Shown here one piece after another: positions 25,651-37,900 of a stretch of DNA of 64,000 nucleotides; position 1 is the first letter of the stretch, and each line of letters begins with the position of its first letter. Source of the stretch: Octopus bimaculoides (Eukaryota); NCBI RefSeq assembly GCF_001194135.2, contig NC_068989.1, positions 52,264,963 through 52,328,962 of the forward strand. The letters are read 5' to 3'. The position numbers and the translations under genes are program-made. The notes beneath the pieces are model-generated. The model was not told the DNA's origin. It was given only the letters and a program-made list of their open reading frames with translations, and did not search any database.

Positions 25651-26883
25651 TTATAGTATATCGGATACCAACGGAATCGAGAAACAGAATACCATCAAGT
25701 GTTAACCAGAGTGATGAAAAGATTCTGAACGAGAGATGTAACGATTGTTTTTCTAGTAATCGGAAAACTGGCAAGACACCCAAGCTGTTTCCTGCGAGGC
25801 TGAAGACTAAGGAGCTGAGAAACATATTTGTCGTTTAGTCAATGGTTTACCCATTTTCAACATTCCATCTTTTCCTCCTACTTCTATGAAGACAAACATT
25901 TGATGCTTTATTCCTTTAACGAGGTTTCACTCAAAACTTCCTACGTTTACAGGCGATTCTTGTTCGAGTAATTGGTGCTTTATGTTTGACTCCTTCTATG
26001 AAAGTAAAAGCATTTCATATTTCTGCAGCAGCTTCACTGAACCGATCCATCGACATAGCAGAGAGAATCTCCATCATACCGTTCGTTATGCAAATATTAG
26101 TCATTTTCAAATCTTGTCTGGAATTGAACATATTTATGCAAAGAGACTTTGAAAATAGTTTTTCAGATGTCCATAGCCTTATATAAAATGTTGATGCTTG
26201 AGACGATATTGTTAACGAACCTGCATTCTATATTTCGTGTTCCATGACATTTGTGTCGAGATTATTTTTTCTTGCTATTTATGTTGATTGAGTTCCTGAA
26301 ACAATTTCCTTTAAATATATTATTGAGCCGTTGACAATACTCTTACACGTATGCTCAACAGAAACAGAATGTTGAGTACATAATCGGAGGCTTTATCTTG
26401 CCAAGATACTAAATCTCTACAATCGGAAGAAAAAACACACTTTTCAAATGAGGGCTTCGCTGTAGCTCACTTTTTGTGCTCTCAGATGCATATCTGACAA
26501 TGTTCAACATTGTCTGGGTCACTTCGTGGTCGATAAAACATGTTACAGAAACTTGTGACTAATTGGAATATTACTACTTAGTCAAACATGATTTTATTTG
26601 ATATGTGTACCGGTTCATGAGTTCGCAGGCAGCAATGGGCGTGATGACACTAGTGCTAAGTTGTATATGTGACCGCCTTTTACATACAGTGACGAAGATA
26701 AAAGAAAAACTTGCTTCTGTGGGTAACTAGCAGCCCTTCTCTAAATCTATACAATCCAGCGTATAGAGATGACGTACAGCAGAAATGGAGATGATACGTA
26801 TACATATGTATACGTATATACACACATATACAGAAGCACGACACATATTTTGTTATTTATGTGTTTGTGTGTGTGAGTGTATG

Positions 26884-26940
<57 letters not shown>

Positions 26941-27044
26941 TATTCCAGCATATGCGACCTTCATATATTTTCAAATTATATACCTTCATATATATGTAGA
27001 CGAACAATTAAAGGAATAAAATTTCTCTTCAAATAGGAATATGC

Positions 27045-28000
27045 ATTAATGAACCCATTCAAATATGGAATATTTTCCTATTTTACGTCACTTTCCAATA
27101 AATTGATTGGTATTCGATCTTTTAAACGTTATCGATTGTAATTCTCTTCTAAATGCGGTAGCGGCATCTAAAGTGATTGGTATTAATCCATTCTGCTTCG
27201 TTGTGTTTTTACTTTTTAACGCAATAGAAAAAGAAATGGAATTCATACTTTAACGCTTTTGTTGAAAATACCTTGTTGTTTCTGAATGTATATTACATTT
27301 CACGCCTATAGTATCAAGTGTGCAGGTGAGTCGATCGTTATATTGACTGATTACCTTCGAGACTTGAATGCAGAAAGTAAATTCATATTTAAACATAAAT
27401 ACTCATATGCCTTTCTTTGTAGAAATTTTAGTTTTCCATTTCACACTGCTTTCAAATTCATATAAATGCCTTTCATTTTTTTCAAGTATTTCAATATAGA
27501 ATTTCTATTAGATACCGTAATAGGCTATTTTGTTAAATTTTAATAGAAATTCTTAAACGTGCAGTTCCTGATACCTTCTAATAACAATATCATTATAACT
27601 TTTGGAATTAAATTTTTTCAGTTATAGAGAAAGATTGCATAGTTTCTATGACATATCCTCCAATATTTTTCAGAAAATATATATATTGCAGCGCTACACA
27701 GAGAAAGTAATATCCCCATCGAATTATTATTGTCCGATTTTGCAACATTCTCTCAACCTAGCACAGTGTAAGGAATCGAAGTTCAAGGAATATAGGCCAA
27801 TTTTAAATTTGTAATCATTAATTTCTTTCGAGTGATCGGAAGGTTAATCTATGTATGGAGGAGTTTGCTGATGATTGAATCAATGAAGCTTTATTGCTTT
27901 CAAAGGAAATAATAGTTTGGATAATAGCCCTTTATCTTATATGAATGGAAAGGGGAAATCTGGCTCTAATGCCATTTTCTAAACGTATTATTAACACAAC
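27045..28000 (+). repeat. Copy 2 of the diverged ~950-bp duplication (partner 18815-19760)
   Basis: Same collinear blocks as copy 1. Confidence 0.8.
27262..27710 (+). pseudogene. Candidate disabled paralog of the 19007-19466 small ORF
   Basis: 64-nt exon with TTG in place of ATG and TGA at codon 8, donor CAG|GTGAGT, 296-nt intron, acceptor TTTTTTCAG, then VIEKDCIVSMTYPPIFFRKYIYCSATQRK*. Confidence 0.3.
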
Positions 28001-28705
28001 TGAACTGAAGTGCTAGCCTAAGGTTGAATGTTGTAAATTTTGCATTCTACGGTACTACCAGCAAAGACTGTTTTCTACATGATACATTGAAAAGAAGAAT
28101 CTATATATAGAAATGTATAGTGATATTGTATTTTGGACATATATGTTCTGTGTTCATAGCCAACCGGAGTCGTCTTAGTATGGCATGTACCAAGGAGTCG
28201 CTGTTATTAGCAGCAGCCTTAAATACATAATTATCGACTGTGCATTTCACATTACTATTTAGCTTCAGGGAAAATGAAAGATGTATGCCTCCGGTGATCA
28301 GATCCCCTTATATTTCTTTTTCTCTTATAGGTTGAAACTATTATATTTCACATACTCGGTTCATGTAATTCAAGAAGTCGACAAATTGCTACACTATCTT
28401 TGAGATGGCATCTGATTTCAGGTCTGTCGTAAGTTAGTATACTATACCATGCATTGTTGGTAAATAGTATTTAATCCAAGAAACATTATCTGTTCTCCGT
28501 ATGCAAAGCAAATTATAGCTGTGTCTTCTTGTCTAAGGTAAACTTTGCACCGTAAAACTAAATGTACTAATCAGGAGCAAACATAATTTGATTTATGTGA
28601 ATGCCGATGCTTCCACACGGCTTCTTGTTTAAGTTATGTTAGTGTAAATTGAACATCAATAAAGTCTTACAATACAATAACAAATGTCCTTCCTCCTTTA
28701 AATAT

Positions 28706-28737
<32 letters not shown>

Positions 28738-29714
28738 NNNNNNNNNNNNNNNNNNNNNNNNNNNNNNNNNNNNNNNNNNNNNNNNNNNNNNNNNNNNNNN
28801 NNNNNNNNNNNNNNNNNNNNNNNNNNNNNNNNNNNNNNNNNNNNNNNNNNNNNNNNNNNNNNNNNNNNNNNNNNNNNNNNNNNNNNNNNNNNNNNNNNNN
28901 NNNNATACATACATACATATAACCAAATATTAAACTAATATTAGATCTGTCACATCTGCTTACAATTAATATATCTCTTGATATTATTCACAATTTATTC
29001 AAATATTGTATTTCTGGAGTTGAAAACATTAAAAAATCATAAGAATTTCAAGAAATTCAAATAGAGATAAGTGTTATTAGGCTAAATCATTTTAATGGTT
29101 TGTCTGTAAATCAAGGAACATAGAATGCATGTTTGTGTTTTCATTTTCAGTTGATGTTGTAAGATATAAAATCATAAAGAAGTGGACATATATAAATTTT
29201 AGTTAATCAAGTAACTTGATTTGCTTTGCAAGAATAAATAGCGGATGAGCAATAGAAATAAACTGAAAGTTGATGGAAGGTTCTCAACTTAATTAATTAA
29301 CTAATTAATCAAATTATTTTAAAATTCTTGTCAACCTGAATTGCTAAGAATTAATTAGCAACATGCAGTGAATCATTAATAAATGCAGATCCGATATTGC
29401 AGATGGACATAGTGTTCCCCACTTGTAAAAATTACATTATCATCGCGATTGCATATTTTATCTGTTCTTTTCCTTGTTCCTTTTAAATAACTTATTCATT
29501 AATGGAATGTCAGAATACTGAAGCTGAAGGATCTTTTAATAAGGATTCAACAACATCGGAAGCAGAAGTAAATATTGATATATGTTGTCAATATTTAATT
29601 TATACCAACACGTGCTCAGTGTTAGAAATTGAAGAAATGTTTTAATTGTCAAATTCTCTTGAAATTGATTATTTGTTTTAAATATTCGCACAAGACCAGC
29701 AATTTCAGTGGAGG

Positions 29715-29880
29715 CTTGAAGTCGATTACATCGGCTCCATTACTCAACTGGTATCTGATTTACTGATCCTAAAATGTTAAGTCAGTCTTAGCGGAATTTG
29801 AACTCAGAAGGTAGAGATAGCCGAAATACCACTAAGCATTTTTCCGGGCGCGCTAACAATTCAGTTAGCACGCCGCCTTA
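29715..29880 (-). mobile_element. tRNA-derived SINE (Meta-domain-like family)
   Basis: Head 'TAAGGCGGCGTGCTAACTGAATTGTTAGCGCGCCCGG' and B-box-like 'GAGTTCAAATTCC'. Confidence 0.75.
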
Positions 29881-30897
29881 TATGTATTGAATATTGAAAT
29901 TTTGTTTTATTGAGTTAAATTTTCACCAAGAAAAATATGCATATGTGAGCTAATGTATGTGTGTGTGTGTATGATGATATAATAAATTTTGAACGAGCGT
30001 TTCCAAAGCACCAAATGCTTTATAACATAAAGAAGTGAGATCAAAGATACATATAAACATATCTGGAAATCGAGAAAATCCGGGAAGCAAAGCTTCATAA
30101 CATTTCAATGTAGTCTCGTAAAAGTTCATAAAATTCATACAGTAACGTCGTTGGTGACATACATAAGACTTAGAGAGTGGACCTTCATGTTGATTCGAAC
30201 TACATAAGTAATAACGGATCATCAGTGTAAACCTCATAAGTTTTATATAGAAAAGTGGAGATGTGTAATCCGAAAATATGGTTCAACCACAAACTATTCG
30301 TTTCCTCAATTATGTAAGCGAATACTTTGTGGTTGAAACTCCTCTTCAGAATACAAATCTAAACCTTCTCATAATCTACACGTTCTGAAATTGTTTTTGT
30401 AGTAGTCACTCCATTTATAATAACTTTTACAGTAACTACTTAGTGAAGTGTGTCAGACATTTGCTTAACTAAATGCTATTATGTTTAACTATATTCGTCT
30501 TACTAGTTGCATGCTATTCTTCGAACCTCAGCAGTTCGAATATTAGATCCGAACAAAGGCACTAAGGGTATTTCGGTCCTTAGTATCTTCAATCTGAGGG
30601 ATGTTCTTATTAGGTAATGTGGTTTCCACAACAGGCAAATTGTCGTAATTAATCCCTATAGGTAGAATACAATTCAGAAGTGGAAAGAAAATTGAAGATA
30701 TGGGGTTTGTTGTGTGATATATGTGTAAACATGATCTTGCATGTAAACTTTATGGAATTGGGTACGTAATTCGATTTAATGTGAATGCAGTTTTCCATGA
30801 AGCCAGAAATTATTTTTGTGCACAGTAGTGCATATAGTATGTTATATGTGGTTATGAAGTAAACTGTCATTGAATAATTTATCTAACGATAGCAAAT

Positions 30898-31310
30898 AGG
30901 TGCAGGAATGTCTGTGTGGTAAGTAGCTTGCTTACCAACCACATGGTTCCGGGTTCAGTCCCACTGCGTGGCACCTTAGGCAAATGTATTCTACTATAGC
31001 TTCGGGCCAGCCAAAGCCTTGTGAGTGGATTTGGTAGGCGGAAACTTAAAGAAGCTCGTCGTATATATATATATATATATATATGTATATGTATATATAT
31101 GTGTGTGTGTTTGTCCCCGCAACATCGCTTGACAACCGATGCTGTTGTGTTTACGTCCTCCTAACTTAGCAGTTCGGTAAAGAGACCGATAGAATAAATA
31201 CTAGGCTTAAAAAGAATAAGTCCTGGGGGTCGATTTGCCCGATTAAATGCGGTGCTCCAGCATGGCCGCTGTCAAATGACTGAAGCAAGTAAAAGAGTAA
31301 AAGAGTAAAA
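30898..31310 (+). mobile_element. Full-length tRNA-derived SINE (OK/OR-type)
   Basis: A/B-box head, CORE-like 'GGCACCTTAGGCAAATGT', internal (TA)/(TG) tract and (AAAAGAGT)n tail. Confidence 0.9.
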
Positions 31311-31460
31311 CATTATATTTTGTTTATCGTTCACAAAGTTAGAAGAAATTCATCACTGAAATCAAACATACTGAAATTAAACACCGACGTATTCTTCGCT
31401 CAATGGACGAAATCAATGTCAGTACCAACACTTCAAAAAGAAAACTGAAACAGATATAGA

Positions 31461-31540
31461 CAGATAGGATTATTCTAATTCGTATTATAGTGCCAGTTCA
31501 CAGATAGAATAATTCTAATTCGTATTATAATGCGAGTTCA
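31461..31540. repeat. 40-bp tandem duplication
   Basis: 'cagataggattattctaattcgtattatagtgccagttca' is followed by a near-identical copy. Confidence 0.85.
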
Positions 31541-32411
31541 CTCTTCGCAAGATTACTCCACGATATTTGTGAATATGAAGTTTAATATAACCCAACCATG
31601 AAAGAATTTGTGTTGAAACTGAGGTTACTTGCCGATGATGATACATTAATGGACGACACTTATCGAGTGATCAAAAATTGATGTATTTCTACTCAAGCAC
31701 AAAAATTATCTACAACAGCACTATCATTTTTAATCGTACGAAGATTTCTAAGATGGTAATTAGTGAACTTGAACATACTATCTACATCAGTAATGCATGT
31801 AAATCTATTTGCAAACGAAAAGGTCAGATAGCGAAAAGATTTATTCATTTCAAGGAATGACCTACAAGAAAGGCTAAAACTATTTTTCTATTATATTCCT
31901 TTTCTTGATCAAAGTCTTAACGCTGTCACTAGTGATGTACTACGTTTGGTCGTATGATGCAATAGGCATTATACTGGGTGGTATATATTTTTGGTCGTCA
32001 AATAAATACTAAAAGATTTACTCAAAATATATGCTATATATATTGTTGTGCACATTAAATTTTAATTTAAAGAGAATCGGCTGGATCTAGTTTTTAAATA
32101 GTGGTGGTATCTGATGCTCTAGAAAGTATATATATATATATTTGGCTTGTGATCATTTTACCATAGCTTTCGGAACTGAAAAACAACTTAGTTATATTAG
32201 AGTTTTAAATTGTTTCCAAATAATGTTTGTAAAATAATAGACAGAGAACACCAATGGAAAATACGAAATTTAAAAGAGGCAGCCCATATGCTAGGACACA
32301 ATAAATTCCTAAGCAGACATAGTCCATATATGAATGTAATATTAGAACCGGTATTAAGAAAAGACAAACTATTAAGTTTATAAGCCCAAAAAGTTAGTCT
32401 ATAAATACCTA

Positions 32412-32596
32412 CGGCATATAGCATAGTGGATAAGAGCGCGGGCTCCTAACCCTCGGATTCATAGTTCAATATCAGGGAATTATATCCACACAAAAAAAGA
32501 ATACATTAGGAATGAGAACAGAGTACCAGATATGACGTACTGGTTAAGAGCGTGGGCTACTAACCCCAAGATTCTGAGTTCGATTCCAGGCAGTGA

Positions 32597-32641
<45 letters not shown>

Positions 32642-32805
32642 TAATAACAACAACATCGAAAAATACCTTAGGAATGAGAACCCAGGTTCAAAATTTCCCC
32701 AGACACCTAATGAAGGCTGGAGGGTATATCAGCTGAAACGTTGTGTTAGCAACAAGCAAGATGAGGACAAATATCCGTCAAATATAAATAATGTAAAAAA
32801 TGAAT
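32412..32805 (+). mobile_element. Head-to-tail pair of a tRNA-headed SINE: partial copy 32412-32531, then a complete copy with (AAT)n and a hammerhead-bearing tail
   Basis: A-box 'TGGTTAAGAGCG', B-box 'GAGTTCGATTCC', (AAT)n at 32601-32652. 'TTAGGAATGAGAAC' occurs in both copies. Hammerhead fold at 32702-32747. Confidence 0.8.
32702..32747 (+). ncRNA. Minimal type I hammerhead ribozyme motif (G5->A variant)
   Basis: GACAC-CTAATGA-A-GGCTG(GAGGGTATAT)CAGCT-GAAA-CG-TT-GTGTT. Helix I is GACAC/GTGTT, helix II is GGCTG/CAGCT, helix III is the palindrome ACGT, and the cleavage triplet is GUU. Confidence 0.65.
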
Positions 32806-34637
32806 AACATGCAACCTCGTTGACACTACATTTTACAGGAAACGCTCAGAAATTAGAAATTCATTGACTTTTACAATTTCTGAAGTGAAGTGCTGAACAC
32901 ATTTTTCAATATATAATTATATTTACAGAAAAGTAGTTTAGCTGTTTTAATGGATTTTCAATTGCTTCAGTGTTGTGGAAATCGTATGAAAAGAGACGAA
33001 ATTAACGTGAAAAAGAATTTCAAAGATACATACTGAAAACAAAGCGCTAAAGGTGACTTGAAAATATATTAATATAAAATGTAAGCAACACGGAAAGTGT
33101 AAATGACTGATTTCAAGGCGAAATCACGGAGAAGGCAACAATGTATGGATATTTAAGCATTTAGCCAATTTCGAATGTTCGATGATGCTTAATTAGGGAA
33201 CTTAGATTATGGTAGCAGTTTGTTTGAATATTTAAAAACGTAGCTCCAAAGTGTCATAGATCAAAAGAATAGTGTCATTGCAGATAATTCAAACAAATTA
33301 GAAGTTTTAACCGGCACACCAACTGATTTCATTCAGTAAAGCATAAGTCATACAAGATCTTTATTTTTTGAAGTCATTCCGAAAGTGATGTAAGGTATTA
33401 GTAGCATCACGATTACATATGTCGAATAAATTCCCGTCAATATTCATCGATCTATCAAATTAAACTATTCATCGATCAATCAAAATAAACTATCAAAATA
33501 TGTAACACATTTTTCTAAACTTACCGAAATCAGCACAGTAGCAGAAAGTTTCTTTAGCTGTTCAAACACATCATATCGTACGTTTGTTCTACAATAAACG
33601 ATATTTGATTTTTGACTTAGTGAACTCTTTTGAATAATATTTGGTGTTTGAAGTAGATTACAATACAATATGAGTTACATTGCAACAATGAGACATAGAG
33701 GTAGGATATGCTGTGATTTTTCATATTTCTTAATGTTGTTTATTTCAAGCTTTGATTACTTATTGTAAAACCTAATTATATCGTGGTTTGTTCTTAAAAA
33801 TACAATACGACAAAATGTACCAAATGACACTATATTCATTCTATTTATTTCTCCTGAATTTCAAATTATAGCACACGAGTATATGATTTTAATACAAGTG
33901 CATTGTTCTTTTGATGTATTTTTTAATAAAATAAACATGATAAATAAAGAGAATAAATGAGAATGGGGGAAATCAGGTAGAAGAAAAGACTGTTCTTACC
34001 TTTCCCCATTTCACTTGCTTCTGAATTGATAGGTAATAACCTCAATATGCTGCTTATAAATAATTTAATAGATCGTTTATTTGTTTGTTCGTGATGGCGA
34101 AACACAGTATCGTAGAATTAGTTGTATACAATCTGACAGAATAGACATATGAAATATCAAATAAATTCAATTATATAAACAATGTTCACGTGTTCTACTT
34201 CGTTATACGAAAATGGATCTATCCAATCACTCAATGTGCGTGTGTGTGTGTGTGTGTATGTCTGTCTGTTTGTCTGACTATCTGCCTGTCTGTCTGTGTA
34301 TGTGAATGTGTAAGTTGTTGTGCAAATTATCAGATAGAATTTATTGATTAATAAAATGTTTCTATTACAAAGATAAATATGTGATTTAGTTAGAAATCGC
34401 TCTTTCAAAAATGCTACGCAATTTGTTATGACAATGAAATAACATATAACTAACTTTCAGATGCAGCAAGGCAATATAAAATATTTTTTTTCACGTGTTA
34501 AGTAATGCTATTCGGCTTTTGAAATAATGTAACAGCGCAACTAAGTATCATCCAAGTTTTAGGATGTCTTGCTGAAAATACTATCAAAATTTTGCATAAA
34601 TTACACACTGACCTTTTAAAAAATGATAGGTTATAAA

Positions 34638-34953
34638 CTGGCTCGTCGTCACCGACGACGAGGGTTCCAGTTGACCCGGTCAATGGAACAGCCTTCTTGC
34701 CAAACTAACGAGCATGTAGCTGAGCAGGTCCACGTGTACCCTTAAAGTATTTTCCATGGAAATTCAGCATGACACAGAGTGAAACAAAGCGGGCCCTTTG
34801 AAATACAGGTACTTCTCATTTTTACCAGCTTAGTGAACTGGAACAAAGTGAAATAAAGTGTCTTGCTCGAGGACACAATGCGTCGCCAGGAATTGAACCC
34901 ATGGTCTTACGATTGTAAGCCGAGTACTTAACCACTAAGCCACGCACATTCAC
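34638..34953 (-). mobile_element. tRNA-derived SINE with a V-domain-like centre
   Basis: Head 'GCGTGGCTTAGTGGTTAAG..GGGTTCAATTCC' followed by 'TTGTGTCCTCGAGCAAGACACTTTATTTCAC'. Confidence 0.8.
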
Positions 34954-37900
34954 AATGAAATGTTATATATAGCATATATAACGAGATAATCAAAATGAAG
35001 GGATGTGAAGCAGTTGATTATAGGTTTACATTATCTGGGTACTTTTAAAACTAACACCATATTTGGAAATACCAAGAATTTAATTTAGGTGGCTACATAT
35101 ATATGATGCGTTTTATAGAAATTACATGGGATTCTACGATTTTGTTTTCCTCGGCGTCCACATGAATAATTAAACATTATTCTTCGTCGTGCCAATGAAT
35201 TAGCCTCTACACGAGCGATTGATCTGCTTGTAACATGTGAATAATCTATTTTACTGTATACGTCAACATTTAAAACAAGAGACACGCATTAGAAAATCAA
35301 GTCCAATGTACAAGGACATAAAATATGAAGATTATTTTCCTCAGGTGTTTCCTCGAATCTCTGCTCTGATGATGGACAACTATGCCTTAAACCACTGGAA
35401 CAATACCGTTTTAGATTCACTCTGAGATATATAAATACATTGTTTTCAATATGCATCAAGGTGAATGCTTAAAATAAAAATTGATTTTAATAGTATAAAT
35501 TAGTTCATTTTATTTAAAATTTGGCAATAAAGACATTTATCAAACCTCTTGGAACATGTTACCGAGACGCATTCGGATCATGTAATATCTGTATATTTGA
35601 TATTTCAATTAGTGATCTTAATTAAAAACTAATGAGAACGTGTTTTCAAATAGTAATTCATAAGTTCATTGTATATCTGCTTTGCTCTGTTCACATTGTG
35701 CTAACATTGTAGAGATAACTTTTTTTTATATCTATATCTAATTTCAGCTAGGTATTTGCAACATAAATGCGTGGGAACTTAGTAGGGTATAATTTGCATA
35801 TGAAGAATAATAACTTATTGTAGCGATCAAACTCACGCTATATACACTCATTTGCTTATTAGAATTTTCTATAGAAAACATTATTTCAGATCTGGTGCCT
35901 CAATTAATATATTTATGAATATTTCAATGAAATTCTTCAATTGAAAAATAATGAAAGGATAAGCGTTTCATATTTTTTTAAAATATAGAATCAGTGCTTC
36001 TGTTTAGAGGAGTGATTGAAATAAATCCATTTATATTTCTATAAACAGGCTCTTTGCTATTGAATGCTTCATAAAAAACAAGGACGAAGAAAGAAAACTG
36101 GTTTAGAAAACTATGAATACCCGGATGAATATATGAATTAATTTTATTATTTTACTTCTATATTTCATTCAACGTCATTTACAAACTGAAAAAAAAACTA
36201 CCTGTTGAAAAGATTAACTGTCTTTGAATTAATGTAATAACTTAACCTCTGCTTTCAATATTCAACGAAAATATGCTATTAAATTATACGCAAATGCATG
36301 TTTGTTTTCTCGAATACATATGAAATTACAACTCCAATTATTTTCTCGAATTTATTTGAAATTAGTTATTTTCTATGTTGTTTCATCAACATATTCTGAT
36401 TTTATTTAAAAAATAAACATTACAAAACAAACTGAAATAAGATATGTTCATGAGATAAGCCATAAGACAAGCTGTCAAAACAGAAAAATAAAGTTTTATA
36501 TCTTTGCTATTTTAATTGTCACAGAGGTGGAAGAGTGTGTACTAGAAATCTTTGAATGTACGAAAATTAACTAAAGTAGAAACAAAGCGGAATGAAAAAT
36601 AAAGAATAAGATGCAGATAAAGAGCAAATACGTCAGTAGCTGGAATGACAGTTGATATGGTGATTTTCATACTGACTTGCGTATTTTTTAAAAATTGTGT
36701 ACGTTTTCTGTATGAAAATGAAATACATATTTGGTGTGGCAAGAAATACATTGAAATGTAAATTTTCTTTCTAAAATTGATATGCTTTTCTTGATTGTCC
36801 TCGACAAAAAATAAGCATTAAACAATTCAATTATTTTATACTTATTGGTAAACAGTACAAAACAAAACGTAGATTTTAATCATATGTATACTGTTTAGAA
36901 ATTGGAATCGAGACGCTATAAAAGACATAAAAATCACGATAAAGCACCGAAATATTTAAGAAGCTTTGCACATGGATCATATTTAGAATGAAATTATCAA
37001 CCAATGTCATATCAACGCTCAACGTATTTTTACGAACGAATCTGTACAGTCAGCTATTTATTACATAGTCAATAAACAGCGGCTAGTGTTGTAATTCCGA
37101 TGTAGAAAAGTAATAAGAGATTCGAACAACGTTGTCTTTCTTCTTTGTTTATTCGATCACATATTATGTGTTTGATATTGAAAATTTTAGAAACATTGAA
37201 ACGCATATCATTTCGTAGTCAATCCTGTCTTTCATACGTTGTGAGCAAATGATCAACATTATATGGCAACCACTATTTCTCTTAAATGCAGTTCATGCAT
37301 TCTAAATGTTATCTGACTTAATTTAGGTGTAAAATTTGAAAACGAGCCTTTTCAGGAAGAAATTCCATACAGGCATATCCCTTCACGCATACATTCATAC
37401 ATACATGTGTAAATCTGGGGTGCGCAATTGAAGCAGCATCAAATATAAGCAGTCATATGTGTATCATATTTAATATATACACTATTAACAGGCATGGTTT
37501 TGTGATTCCTGCTCGAGATATAAGAAAAATCTTATTGACACGGTGTGTTAAGAACAGATTCACAGTTTCCATATCGAAAACTCTTCTCCTGAAATCTCTG
37601 GGGTTTGCAAAACAATCCACTAGTATAAGCGATCTCGATGTCAGAATTATCATGAACGCGAGAATGTCAATCCTGATTCACGACCATTTCTTATGAGCAA
37701 AAGTAAGAAGGTGATCAAACAAAAGTAAGGTGATCCACTGTTCGACGTTTCTATCGTGAGATACTACGATATATATNNNNNNNNNNNNNNNNNNNNNNNN
37801 NNNNNNNNNNNNNNNNNNNNNNNNNNNNNNNNNNNNNNNNNNNNNNNNNNNNNNNNNNNNNNNNNNNNNNNNNNNNNNNNNNNNNNNNNNNNTATCAATG

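Noticed and set aside
30898-30970. tRNA-like sequences here and at ~8240-8310, 32532-32600, 34880-34953 and 40627-40700
   Set aside because: They are SINE heads joined to SINE bodies, not tRNA genes.
33525-33588. 64-nt minus-strand exon candidate (RTNVRYDVFEQLKKLSATVLIS) with a GTAAGT donor
   Set aside because: Too short to distinguish from chance, and no partner exon or homolog is recognisable.
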